64,000 bases of DNA from Thermoanaerobaculia bacterium (GTDB lineage: Bacteria > Acidobacteriota > Thermoanaerobaculia > UBA5066 > Gp7-AA6), in NCBI GenBank assembly GCA_035500755.1, contig DATJXB010000067.1, forward strand, positions 36,023-100,022. Direction: 5' to 3'. The notes under the pieces were generated by a model, which was not told the origin of the DNA, did not search any database, and saw only the letters and a program-made list of their open reading frames with translations. Both the position numbers and the translations under genes were made by a program. How positions within the stretch are numbered: the first letter of the stretch is position 1; every line of letters begins with the position of its first letter. This document shows, in pieces, positions 7,360 to 19,068 of this stretch.

Positions 7360-10300
7360 CTAGGCTTTCTCGAGCTGGACGAGGAACGTCTTGAATTCGG
7401 GCGTCCACGTGTTCGGATCCATGGCGGACGGGGTCAGGAAGTTGGCCAGCGGTCCCGTGTGCCCGCCCGTGGCGTCGTAACCCCAGTGCAGCGGGAAGCC
7501 GATGTACCAGACCTGCTTGCCGTCGACGGTGAGCGGACGCAGGCGCTTGGTGACCATGGCGACGCCCTCGATCGAGCCGCGCGCCGACGTGACCCGCGCC
7601 CGGCCGCCGTTGGTGATTCCCTTGTCCTTCGCGAGCTGCTCCGGGATCTCGATGAAGAAGCCCGGCTGGAGCTGGTTCAACCGGTCGATGTTCTTGGTCC
7701 AGTAGTGGTACATCTCGGTCAGGCGATACGTCGTGCAGATGATCGGGAACTTGTCCGCCGAGCCGTAGACGTCCTTGTCCGACTTGAACTTCTTGACGAC
7801 CGGGCTGGAGGTCACCTTCGGGTGCAGCGGGTTCGGGACGGCCGCCTCGACGGCCTCGTAGTGCTCGGGGAAGGGGCCGTCGTTCAACGGCGCGAAGAGC
7901 TTGCCGACGCCTTCCGGCAGCATGATGAAGGCGCCGAATTCTCCGGGCGGCGAGTCGGGCTTGATGTCGGGGACGTCGCCGACCCACTTCTCGCCGTTCC
8001 ACTTGATGCCGACCCGGGTCGGATCCCAGGGTTTTCCGGCCGCGTCCGCCGAGGCGCGGTTGTACATGACCCGCCGGTTCGCCGGCCAGGAGAAGGTCCA
8101 GTTGGGGTACATGCCGAGGTTCGACGGGCTGTCCACCGACACGCGGCGCTGCGTCAGGTTGCCGGCTTCCGTGAAGCAGCCCGACATGAGCCAGTTGCCG
8201 CACATCGTCGAGCCGTCGTCCTGGAGCTGCCCGAACCCGTCGAGCTGCTGGCCGGCGGTCTTGAGGACCTTCGTCTTGTCCTTGGGGTCCGGGATGTCCG
8301 CGAGGGCCTTGCCGTTCAACTCCTTCAGGCACTCCGCAAGATCCGGAGAGGTCGGGTTGGAGTAGGACCAGTCGACGTTGAGCACCGCCTCGGGGAGGGC
8401 CCCGCCCTCCTTCCGGTAGAGCTCGCGGACGGCGAGGAAGATGCGCGCCAGGATCTCCTGATCCGACTTGGCCTGGCCGGGCGGATCCACGGCCTTCCAC
8501 TTCCACTGGATCCAGCGCGCGGAGTTGGTGAAGGAGCCGTCCTTCTCGGCAAACGTCGCCGCCGGAAGCTGGAAGACCTCCGTCTGGATCTGCGCCGCCG
8601 GCGCGCCGCCGTATTCCTTGGGCGCCTGCCAGAAGTTGGCCGACTCGATCTCGTGGTTCTCGCCGACGACCAGCCACTTCAGCTTCGAGAGGGCGGCGAC
8701 CATTTTGGGCACGTTCGGGCCGATGCCGACCGGGTTCATGCCGAACGTGATCAGGCCTTCGGGGCCCGGCTCCTTGGCGCCGGCGCGGTCGGCGTTGCCG
8801 CGGTACATGTCGTCGTAGATGTACATCCACGAGTAGTTGCCGTCGGTTTTCGGCAGCCAGTCGTAGCCGAAGTCGTTTTCCTTCGTGGCCGCCTTCCCAT
8901 AGACGGCCTTCAGGAGCGAGACCATGAACTTGGGGTAGTTCTGCCAGTAGTTCATCGACGGGCCGAGGGCCTTCGGGACGTTGGCCTCGTTGTATTCCTT
9001 CAGGCTCTGCCACTGGGACGTCGGCGTCTTGACGTAGCCCGGCAGGATCTCGAAGGTGCCCGCGGTGTCGGTCGCGCCCTGGATGTTGGAGTGGCCGCGC
9101 AGGGCGTTGACGCCGCCGCCGGGCCGCCCGACGTTGCCGAGGAGCAGCTGCAGCATGGCGGCCGCCCGGATCATCTGGACGCCGACCGAGTGCTGAGTCC
9201 AGCCGAGCGCGTACATGATCGTCCCGCAGCGCTGCGCGTTGCCGGTCGAGGTCACGACCTCGGCGACCTTCAGGAACGTGTCTTTCGGCGTGCCGCAGAC
9301 CTTCTCGACGGTTTCCGGCGTGTAGCGGTCGACGTGCTGCTTCAGCAACTGGAAGATGCAGTGGGGGTCCTGCATCGTCGGGTCCGTCTTCGCAAATCCG
9401 GTCTTCGCGTCGAGCTGGTAGCTCCAGGAATCCCGCTTGTAGCTGCCGGAGGCCTCCTCGAAGCCGGAGAAGAGCCCTTCGTCGAACTTGTAGTCGGGGT
9501 TGACGAGAAGCGGGCCGCTCGTGAACAGCTTGACGTATTCCTCGTGGTAGCGGTTGTTCGCGATCGCGTAGCGGATGATCCCGAGCAGATACGCGATGTC
9601 GGTCCCCGGCCGGATCGGCGAGTAGAGATCCGCGACCGCGGCGGTCCGCGTGAAGCGCGGGTCGACGGCGACGAGCTTGGCGTTACGGGTCTTCTTCGCC
9701 TCGATCGCCCACTTGAATCCGCAGGGATGGTTCTCGGCGGGGTTGCCGCCCATGCACAGGACGACGTCGGCATTCTTGATGTCGACCCATCCGTTGGTCA
9801 TCGCCCCCCGGCCGAACGTGGCGGCCAAACTGGCCACCGTGGGGCCGTGTCAAACCCGGGCCTGGCTGTCCCGGTACGGCACCCCCAGGGCCGTGATCGT
9901 CTTCCACTGAAGCCAGTTGAATTCGGTCGTGTCGGTGCACCCGCCGATCATCGCGATGCCGGGCGTGCGGTTGACCAGCTGGCCCTTGGCGTTTTTCGCG
10001 ACGAAAGTCCTGTCGCGGGTCGTCTTGATGTGGCGGGCGATCTGGGAGATGGCGTCGTCCCAGGAGATGTCCTCCCAGTGGTCCGACCCGGGACGCCGGA
10101 CCTTGGGCGTCGTGAGACGGTCCTTGCTGTTGATGTCGTCCTTGACCGTTGCGCCCTTGGGGCAGAGCGTGCCGCGGTTGATCGGGTGGTCGGGATCGCC
10201 CTCCACGTACACGACGGATGCCGTCGCGTTCTTGGCCTTGTCGCCGAGGGTATGGATGATCATCCCGCACGAGACCGCGCAGTACGGACAGGTACTTCGC

Positions 10301-10425
10301 GTCTCGGTCGTGCGCGCGATCTTGAACTCGCGCATTTCGGCCTCGGCCCTGGAGACGTCGAACCCGAGGGCGATGGTGGTTCCGAGACCGGTGGCCTTCA
10401 AGAACCCGCGACGGGTGACCTCCAT
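7360..10425 (-). CDS. fdnG: Formate dehydrogenase-N catalytic alpha subunit; selenoprotein with in-frame UGA (Sec) at 9850-9852, TAT signal
   Basis: Table ORFs 9850-10425 (191 aa, MEVTRRGFLKATGLGTT...CPYCAVSCG...SQARV) and 7360-9837 (825 aa) are one frame. The junction reads DSQARV-TGA-HGPTVASLAATFGRGAMTNGWVDIK, matching the E. coli FdnG/FdoG RV-U-HGPTVASLAPTFGRGAMTN selenocysteine site. RR TAT motif at the N-terminus. Molybdopterin oxidoreductase motifs throughout. Confidence 0.9.
9820..9852 (-). promoter_or_regulatory. Candidate bacterial SECIS hairpin downstream of the fdnG UGA codon
   Basis: mRNA: UGA CACGGCCCCAC GGUGGCC AGUUU GGCCGCC. A 7-bp stem (one G.U) with a 5-nt loop starts 11 nt after UGA, matching E. 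coli fdhF/fdnG SECIS geometry. Confidence 0.5.
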
Positions 10426-10530
10426 GGACCCTCCTCTCCAGGGAATCCTGAAGCAAATGCCGCGCCCAGGTGAATTCCATTCCTCGCTGCCGCCGAAGTC
10501 AAGGAAAAGTCGAAAATTCGGCCGCTCGGT

Positions 10531-11949
10531 TCAGGCGGTTGGCGCCGCGGCGGGTTCACGGGCCGGCGCCTTGACCACGGTAACGGTGCAGGTCGCCTCC
10601 GCCGCCACCCGGGAGGAGACGCTGCCGAGGTAACGCCGCAGCGTCGAGCTGCCCCGGGAGCCGACCACGAGGTGGTCGACGTGGTTGGCCGCTGCGAACT
10701 CGACCAGGGCCGACCCCGGATCGGGAGCCTCGAGGACGTGATGAGTCACGCGGCCGACCCCGAGGCCCAGCGGCCTCGCCCAGTGCCGCAGCTCGACGAG
10801 GAGCTGGACTCGGACGCTGCGTCCTTGCGCGTTCAGGGTCGAATCCATCGCAATGCGAGAGGTTTTGAGGACGGTCAGGCACGCCAGGCGCGCGCCCGGC
10901 TCGGTTTCGAGGACCCGCCGTGTCGTCAGGAGGAGCGCCTCGAGCAGGGCTTCCGACCCCTGGGAAAGGTCGAGCGCGACCGCCACGAGGGGGGCCCGCG
11001 AAATCTGGCCCGCGGCCGACCTTCCGAGGTCCGGCTCCTCCCCGTGGGTGCGCAGCCGCCGCTTGAGGACCGTCAGGGCGCCGTCCCGGGCGAGGCGGCT
11101 CGAGCGGGCCGTCAGCGGAATCTCCTCGGGGTGCTGAAGATCGAAGGCGAGGTGGGCGGCCGTCTGGTAGCGCGTTCCGGGCGCCACTTCCAGGCACCGG
11201 AGGATCACTTCCTGGAGCCAGGGCGGACACTCGGGGTTGCGGGCGCGCGGCGGGACCGGGTCGCGGTAGAGACGCTGGCGGAGCCCCCGCACGCTCGTCG
11301 GGTTGCCGAAGGGCCGTTGGCCGGTGGCGAGGTAGTAGAGGACGACGCCGAGGGAGAAGAGGTCGCTGCGCGGATCGTTCCGGATCTGGGCGATCTGCTC
11401 GGGCGAGATGTACGGCCCCGTGCCGATCGGCAGCCGGAACTGCTCGGCCAGCAGGTCGGGCAGCCGGTCGTGCCGCGACAGCCCGAAGTCGATCAGGACC
11501 GCCGCGCCGCCCTCGCGGAACATGACGTTGGACGGTTTGACGTCGAGGTGGATGACGTGCTGCCCATGGAGGTCATGGAGGGCGTCGGCGATCCGGGCGC
11601 CGTAGGAGGCCACTTCTCGGGGCGGCAGCGGCGCGTCGTCGACCCGGGCGCGGAGCGACGGTCCGGCGAGGTGCTCCAGGACGATGTACGGCTGGGTCGA
11701 CCAGTCGCCGGCCGCCACGAAGCGCGGCACGTGGATCCCGGAGAGTGTCGGCAGGATCATCTGCTCGACCTCGAAGCCGACGAGGGCGGCGGGGTCGTCG
11801 CCGTCGCGGAAAGACGGAATCTTCATGACGAGCGGATCGGCGCCTTCGGGACGGCGCACCCGCCAGATCTCCGCCATGCTTCCCTGGTGGATCTTCTCCT
11901 CGAGGACGTAGCCGTCGAGGACGAGTCCGGGCCGTCGCGCCGCGGTCAC
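10531..11949 (-). CDS. Ser/Thr protein kinase (Hanks type) fused to a C-terminal universal stress protein (UspA) domain
   Basis: GTG start overlapping the phosphoesterase stop (GTGA). Kinase motifs ...GSMAEIWRV...VMKIP...HLDVKPSNVMF...DFGLS...GTGPYISPE. C-terminus ...HVDHLVVGSRGSSTLRRYLGSVSSRVAAEATCTVTVVK is UspA-like. The upstream 229 codons of the table ORF are out-of-frame overlap. Confidence 0.8.
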   Translation of the reverse strand: MTAARRPGLVLDGYVLEEKIHQGSMAEIWRVRRPEGADPLVMKIPSFRDGDDPAALVGFEVEQMILPTLSGIHVPRFVAAGDWSTQPYIVLEHLAGPSLRARVDDAPLPPREVASYGARIADALHDLHGQHVIHLDVKPSNVMFREGGAAVLIDFGLSRHDRLPDLLAEQFRLPIGTGPYISPEQIAQIRNDPRSDLFSLGVVLYYLATGQRPFGNPTSVRGLRQRLYRDPVPPRARNPECPPWLQEVILRCLEVAPGTRYQTAAHLAFDLQHPEEIPLTARSSRLARDGALTVLKRRLRTHGEEPDLGRSAAGQISRAPLVAVALDLSQGSEALLEALLLTTRRVLETEPGARLACLTVLKTSRIAMDSTLNAQGRSVRVQLLVELRHWARPLGLGVGRVTHHVLEAPDPGSALVEFAAANHVDHLVVGSRGSSTLRRYLGSVSSRVAAEATCTVTVVKAPAREPAAAPTA

Positions 11950-12713
11950 GGGACGGCCTCCAGGCGGATGTTGAAGGTCGGCGGCAGGCCGGCCTCGCGG
12001 ATCTTGCGGATCGCGGTCTCGACGTCGTACGGCACCCGGTGAAAGGTCAGGACGTCGGTCGCGTCGTCGAGGATCGCGTAGCAGGCGGCCGGGTTTCCGT
12101 CGCGCGACTGGCCGACCGATCCCGGGATCGCGAGCCACCGCCGCGGCCGGCCGAGCGGGATCGCGGTCCCGGGTGTCGGCGTGAAGGCGCCGGGACGGTC
12201 GTCGGGGCCGAGGTGGTAGAGGGCCGGCGTGTGCATGTGTCCGCAGAAGGTCAGGCGGCAGCGCGTCGCCCGCATGCTGTGCCCGGCGTCGAACGGCGAG
12301 GTCACGTACTCCCAGCGCTCCGGCGCCCAGGCGTTGGCGTGGACGTAGAGGCGGCCGTCCTCCTCGAGCGAAAGCGGCAGGCGCGCGAGGAACTGGAGCT
12401 GCGTCGGACCGAGCTGCGCGCGCGTCCACGCGATCGCGGCCCGTGCGTCGGGGTTCATGCGGGGTGAGGGTTCTTCGAGCGTGGCGTGGTCGTGGTTGCC
12501 CAGAACCGCCACGCCGCCGCGGGCGACGAGGCCGGAGACGACGTCGAGAACCGCCGCCGGATCGGCGCCGTAACCGACGAGGTCCCCCAGAAACACGCAG
12601 CGTGCGGCGCCGGCGCGGTCCGCGTGCGCGAGGCACGCGAGGAGGGCCTCCAGGTTCGCGTGGACGTCTGTCAGGAGCGCGATGCGCACGGGTCCTCCGC
12701 GGGCCGGCGCCAT
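11946..12713 (-). CDS. Metallophosphoesterase (calcineurin-like Ser/Thr phosphatase / diadenosine-tetraphosphatase family)
   Basis: 255 aa with DVHAN...GDLVGYG...GNHD...GHMH motifs. Confidence 0.8.
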   Translation of the reverse strand: MAPARGGPVRIALLTDVHANLEALLACLAHADRAGAARCVFLGDLVGYGADPAAVLDVVSGLVARGGVAVLGNHDHATLEEPSPRMNPDARAAIAWTRAQLGPTQLQFLARLPLSLEEDGRLYVHANAWAPERWEYVTSPFDAGHSMRATRCRLTFCGHMHTPALYHLGPDDRPGAFTPTPGTAIPLGRPRRWLAIPGSVGQSRDGNPAACYAILDDATDVLTFHRVPYDVETAIRKIREAGLPPTFNIRLEAVP

Positions 12714-12823
12714 GCTACCGCGCGGTGAAGGCCGGACGCGGCCGGGGTTGACGCGTTTGCATCAGCGGCGCCGGCTCCTGCAGTAGCATCCTCGGGCTGC
12801 CACAGTCCTGCGAGGAGGGCGCG

Positions 12824-14737
<1,914 letters not shown>

Positions 14738-14761
14738 CGCGGGCGGCCGCGAGGACCGCCC

Positions 14762-15604
14762 CTATTTCACCGAGCCGACCGTGAAGCCGGCGATGAACCG
14801 GTCGAGAAACAGGTTGTAGATGAAGCCGATCGGCAGGCTCGCGATCAGACACGCCGCCATCAGGGATCCCCAGTAGTAAACGTCCCCACGGACGAGGAAG
14901 ATCGGCACGCCGACCCCGATCATCTGGTTCGACTCGGGCGAGATGAACGTCAGCGCGTAGACGAATTCCTGCGTGACCAGGGTGAAGCTGAAAATGACGA
15001 CGGTCAGGATCCCCGAGACCGAGATCGGCACGACCATCTTCAGGAACGCGCCGAAGCGCGTCAGGCCGTCCACCATCGCCGCGTCCTCGAGCTCCTTCGG
15101 GATCGACTTGAAGAAGCCCATGAGGAGCCAGATCGAGAACGGGATCGTCATGCTCGGGTACACGAGCACGACCGAGAAGATCGAGTCCTGGAGCCCGAGG
15201 AGCGCGACGACGCGAGAGAGCGGAATGAAGAGGAGCGTCGGCGGGATCAGGTAGGTCAGGAAGATCGCGATCCCGAGCCGCTGCCCCCAGCGCCCGGTCA
15301 GGCGGGCCAGCGCGTAGGCCGCCGGCACGGCGATGGCGAGCGTGATCGCCACGACGATGGCGCCGACCAGCGCCGTGTTGCCGAGCCACCGGACGAAGCG
15401 AGTCTGCGTGAACAGAAATCGGATGTGCTCGAACGTGGGCGGCAGGTTGAACTTGAACGGGTTGTTCTCGACCGTATAGAGGTCGATGTTCTGCTTGAAC
15501 GACGCGATCAGCATCCAGAAGAAGGGAAACGCGAGAACGGTGGTGAAGAAGACCAGGACCCCGACGTGCAGGACCTTGCCGGCGACCTTCCGCCGCGCGC
15601 TCAC
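14762..15604 (-). CDS. Carbohydrate ABC transporter permease (MalG-like)
   Basis: GTG start (VSARRKVAGK...) overlapping the upstream permease stop (GTGA). Six TM with EAA-loop region ...PKELEDAAMVDGLTRFGAF... The upstream 171 codons of the table ORF are artefact. Confidence 0.8.
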   Translation of the reverse strand: MSARRKVAGKVLHVGVLVFFTTVLAFPFFWMLIASFKQNIDLYTVENNPFKFNLPPTFEHIRFLFTQTRFVRWLGNTALVGAIVVAITLAIAVPAAYALARLTGRWGQRLGIAIFLTYLIPPTLLFIPLSRVVALLGLQDSIFSVVLVYPSMTIPFSIWLLMGFFKSIPKELEDAAMVDGLTRFGAFLKMVVPISVSGILTVVIFSFTLVTQEFVYALTFISPESNQMIGVGVPIFLVRGDVYYWGSLMAACLIASLPIGFIYNLFLDRFIAGFTVGSVK

Positions 15605-16509
15605 ACGACCTCCGCGCGGTGCGCCACGCGCAGCATGAGATAGGCGACGAGCACGAGCACGGGCACGAGGAAGAGGGAGATCGCGGCGCCCGCGGCGAGG
15701 TCGCTCCCGGCGATCCCGGTCGCGAACGCGAGCGAGGGGAGCGTCTGGGTCGAGTCGAAGGGGCCGCCGGCCGTCAGGATGTAGACGACCGTCATGTCCG
15801 TGAAAGTGAAGATGATGCCGAAGAGGACGGCGACCGACAGGATCGGCGTCATCATCGGCAGGTTGATCTGGAACGTCGTCCGCCAGAAGCCCGCGCCGTC
15901 GATCGCGGCCGCCTCGGGGATCTCCTTGGAGATCGCGGAGCGTCCGGCCAGCATGATCACGGTCGAAAACGGGATCAGGCGCCAGCAGTGCACGAGGATC
16001 ACCGACGCCATCGCCAGGTGCGGCTCCCCGAGCCACATCGGGGCGTTGAACGGCTTGACGAGGTGGAGGGCGACGAGCACCCAGGTGATCACGCTGTAGA
16101 TCGAATCGAGGATCCACTTCCAGCCGATCGTCCCGAGCGAAACCGGCGCGACCCAGGGCAGCAGGATCAGGAACCGCACGAAGCCGCGCCCGCGGAACGG
16201 CTTCTCGAGGGCGATCGAGAGAATGTTGGAGCAGACGATCACGATCAACTGGGCGCAGAGCGTGAAGACGATCGAGTTGCGCAGCGCCTTCCGGAAGCTC
16301 GGGCTCTGGAGGATGCTGCGGAAGTTCTCGACGCCGACGAAGTGGAGGCCGGTCGACCCGATGCGGGCGTCGCTGAAGGCGTAGAGCACGGCGAGCGCGA
16401 AGGGCACGCCGATGAGCAGCACGATGTAGAGGACCGACGGCGCGAACATCGCCGTCCCGAGGACCCAGCCCGGCGCGGTCCCGGCCGCCCGGCGGCGGTC
16501 GCCGGTCAC
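15601..16509 (-). CDS. Carbohydrate ABC transporter permease (MalF-like)
   Basis: Probable GTG start (VTGDRRRAAG...MFAPSVLYIV) overlapping the ATPase stop (GTGA). EAA loop ...ISKEIPEAAAIDGAGFWRTTFQINLP. Confidence 0.75.
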   Translation of the reverse strand: MTGDRRRAAGTAPGWVLGTAMFAPSVLYIVLLIGVPFALAVLYAFSDARIGSTGLHFVGVENFRSILQSPSFRKALRNSIVFTLCAQLIVIVCSNILSIALEKPFRGRGFVRFLILLPWVAPVSLGTIGWKWILDSIYSVITWVLVALHLVKPFNAPMWLGEPHLAMASVILVHCWRLIPFSTVIMLAGRSAISKEIPEAAAIDGAGFWRTTFQINLPMMTPILSVAVLFGIIFTFTDMTVVYILTAGGPFDSTQTLPSLAFATGIAGSDLAAGAAISLFLVPVLVLVAYLMLRVAHRAEVV

Positions 16510-17594
16510 TGCCACGTGTGCGGCCGCGCGGCGGTGCGCTTGCCGGAGGCCCGGTCGTAGAACTTCAGGTGGCGCTCGGTGACGGCGAAGGCCTGCACGC
16601 TGCCGGGCTCGCAGCGCACGGTCAGGGTGGAGGACAGGCGGGAGATCACCTTCCTGCCGTGGAACGCGCCGCCTTCGATCGCGCCGTAGACGATGCGCTC
16701 GGCGCCGAGGTACTCCTCGTGGCCGACACGCAGCGAGAGGGGCACGTAGGGGCCTTCGCGATCGGCGACGCGGATCGGCTCGGGGACCGCCGCCCGGCCC
16801 GCGAGCACGGCGACCGGGAAGAAGTGCTCGGGGCGGAATCCGACCACGACGTCGTCTCTCTCGACGAGGTTCATCGGCGGCGAGCCGAGGAAGGTCGCCA
16901 CGAAGGTGTCGGCCGGATCGTCGTAGACCTCGGCGGGAGTGCCGATCTGGCGCACCTCGCCGAAGTTCATGACGACGATTCGGTCGCCCATGGCCATGGC
17001 CTCGACCTGGTCGTGCGTGACGTAGATCGTGGTCGTGCCGACGCTCGTGTGGAAACGCTCGAGCTCCTCGCGCGCGGAGGCGCGGAGCTTCGCGTCGAGA
17101 TTCGAGAGAGGCTCGTCGAGCAGGAACACGGCGGGCTCGCGGACGATGGCGCGCGCGAGCGCGACGCGCTGCCGCTCGCCGCCCGAGAGCTCGCGCGGCT
17201 TGCGGTCGAGGAGCCGGCCGATGCCGAGGAGGCCCGCGGCCCACTCGACCTTCTTCCGGTGGTCCGCCTTCGGCACGCCCTGTGCCTTCAGCGGGAACGC
17301 GATGTTCTTGTAGACCGTCAGGTGCGGATAGAGGGCATAGCTCTGGAAGACCATCGCGATCCGCCGCTCGCGCGGCGACAGGTCGTTGACGACCCTGCCG
17401 CCGATCAGAATTTCGCCAGACGTGGGCGTCTCCAGGCCCGCGATCATGCGAAGCAGCGTGGTCTTGCCGGAGCCCGAGGGCCCGAGGAAGACGAGAAACT
17501 CGCCTTCGAGCGTCGTCAGGCTGACGTCGTTGACGGCGCCGAGCTCGCCCTGTTTGAAGACCTTGGTGAGTCTCCTGGTCTCGACGATTGCCAT
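16506..17594 (-). CDS. ABC transporter ATP-binding protein (MalK/UgpC-like, with C-terminal regulatory domain)
   Basis: 362 aa: Walker A GPSGSGKTT, signature LSGGERQRVALARA, Walker B FLLDEPLSNLD, H-loop YVTHD, TOBE-like C-terminus. Confidence 0.9.
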   Translation of the reverse strand: MAIVETRRLTKVFKQGELGAVNDVSLTTLEGEFLVFLGPSGSGKTTLLRMIAGLETPTSGEILIGGRVVNDLSPRERRIAMVFQSYALYPHLTVYKNIAFPLKAQGVPKADHRKKVEWAAGLLGIGRLLDRKPRELSGGERQRVALARAIVREPAVFLLDEPLSNLDAKLRASAREELERFHTSVGTTTIYVTHDQVEAMAMGDRIVVMNFGEVRQIGTPAEVYDDPADTFVATFLGSPPMNLVERDDVVVGFRPEHFFPVAVLAGRAAVPEPIRVADREGPYVPLSLRVGHEEYLGAERIVYGAIEGGAFHGRKVISRLSSTLTVRCEPGSVQAFAVTERHLKFYDRASGKRTAARPHTWQ

Positions 17595-17705
17595 GGGGTC
17601 ATCCGCTCCATGCGCCGTTGCGGCGCCGCCGGCGGCGAAGAAACGAAGGCTCCGGCCGCGTGCCGCGACCGGAGCCTATCGAAGAACGTGTCTCGGATCC
17701 GTCTT

Positions 17706-19040
17706 CTATTTCCAGCGAGCGAAAATCCTCTTGTACTCCGCTTCCGCCGCCTTCGCGGCGTCCTCGGGGCTCTCGTCGCCCCTCGCGACCTTCGCGAACA
17801 TCGTCGGGATGACCCACGTGCTGAAGGCCTCGGAGATCCCGGCCGTCGCGTAGCCGGGGTAGCCGACGTTGGTTGCCCAGTCGAGGACGTTGCCGAGCAC
17901 TTTGTACTTGTCGGGCGGGTTGGCGCGGTCGTCCTTCGCGATGAGCGTCTGGAGGTCGGGGACCGTCGAGGGGAAGCAGGGGAAGTTGTAGAACTGGCCG
18001 GCCACGAAGCCGTCCCGGAAATGGTCGATCCAGTCGATCAGGAACTTCTGCGCGCCGTCCTTGTTTTCGGCGAAGTTCCAGATCACGTAGCAGTTCATGA
18101 CGTGCTCGGCGGCGATGCGGCGCGCCGGGCCTTTCAGCGCCGGGCTGATCATGATCTTCGAGTCGATCGGCAGCTTCTCGCGCTCGGACTGCCGCGTGAT
18201 CGAGATCGCGTTGGCGACGTAGCTGACGCGGCCGGCGAGCATGGCCTGGTTGTTCGAGGGTGGCGTCCAGGTGAAGACCTCGGGCGTCTCCGTCTGCTGG
18301 TAGAGGTCCTTCATGTACTTGAGCGCGTCGATCGTCTGCTTGGAATTGATCGTGACGTTGCCGGCCTCGTCCTGCTCGGCGCCCCCGAAGGACCACAGGA
18401 GAGCTCGCATCGCCATGGAGGTGTCGAGCTCCTGCGCGAGGCCGAGGCCGCAGGGGTGGCCCGTCGCGTCCCGGATCTTCTTCGCGCCCTTGAGCAGGTC
18501 TTCGTAAGTGTCGGGGCCGTTGGGATAGCCGGCGTCGGTCCACCAGTCCTTGTGCCAGTTGCCGGGATCCGGCGTGTACGCGTCGGAGAAGGCGTAGTAC
18601 TTCCTGGTCTTCGGATTGAACGTGGACTTGTGCGCGAGGTCGATCTTCTTGCCGTGCTTCTTCTCGACCTCGGCGTACACGTTCGTCATGTCGACCACCT
18701 GCGACTCGTAGGAGGCCGGCGGCGACAGGAACATGAAGAGGTCGTGGCCTTTCTTCGCCGAGACCTCCGAGGCGGCCCGGGCGGGCAGGTCCACGAGGTT
18801 GATGTTGTCGACGATCACCTCGGTGTCGTTCTTCTGGCCCCACTCCTTGACGTACGTGCCGTTGAACCACGTGTCCCACGCCGGGACGAAGTGGCTCCAC
18901 TGGATGATCTTCAGGGTCTTCCCGGCCGCCTTCGCCCGGTCTGGAAAGAGAAAGGCCGGCCCGCCGGCCGCGAGCGCGCCGACACCGGCGAGCTTCGTGA
19001 ACTGCCGGCGGGTCAGGCCGCGAGTGTTTTTCCTGGCCAT
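17706..19040 (-). CDS. ABC transporter extracellular solute-binding protein (carbohydrate type), TAT signal
   Basis: 444 aa: MARKNTRGLTRRQFTKLAGVGALAAGG... RBS AAGGAG. Paralogue of 2426-3778. Confidence 0.9.
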   Translation of the reverse strand: MARKNTRGLTRRQFTKLAGVGALAAGGPAFLFPDRAKAAGKTLKIIQWSHFVPAWDTWFNGTYVKEWGQKNDTEVIVDNINLVDLPARAASEVSAKKGHDLFMFLSPPASYESQVVDMTNVYAEVEKKHGKKIDLAHKSTFNPKTRKYYAFSDAYTPDPGNWHKDWWTDAGYPNGPDTYEDLLKGAKKIRDATGHPCGLGLAQELDTSMAMRALLWSFGGAEQDEAGNVTINSKQTIDALKYMKDLYQQTETPEVFTWTPPSNNQAMLAGRVSYVANAISITRQSEREKLPIDSKIMISPALKGPARRIAAEHVMNCYVIWNFAENKDGAQKFLIDWIDHFRDGFVAGQFYNFPCFPSTVPDLQTLIAKDDRANPPDKYKVLGNVLDWATNVGYPGYATAGISEAFSTWVIPTMFAKVARGDESPEDAAKAAEAEYKRIFARWK

Positions 19041-19068
19041 GGTCGACTCCTTCGCTTTCTCGCAGGCC

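Noticed and set aside
9838-9852. Apparent split of the formate dehydrogenase alpha subunit into two ORFs (possible pseudogene)
   Set aside because: The single interrupting TGA aligns with the universally conserved selenocysteine position and is followed by a SECIS-like hairpin. Interpreted as Sec recoding rather than gene decay.
6535-10473. 1312-aa plus-strand ORF antisense to fdnG/fdnH
   Set aside because: Antisense to clearly conserved formate dehydrogenase genes. Composition is Arg/Gly/Asp-rich with no domain signatures.
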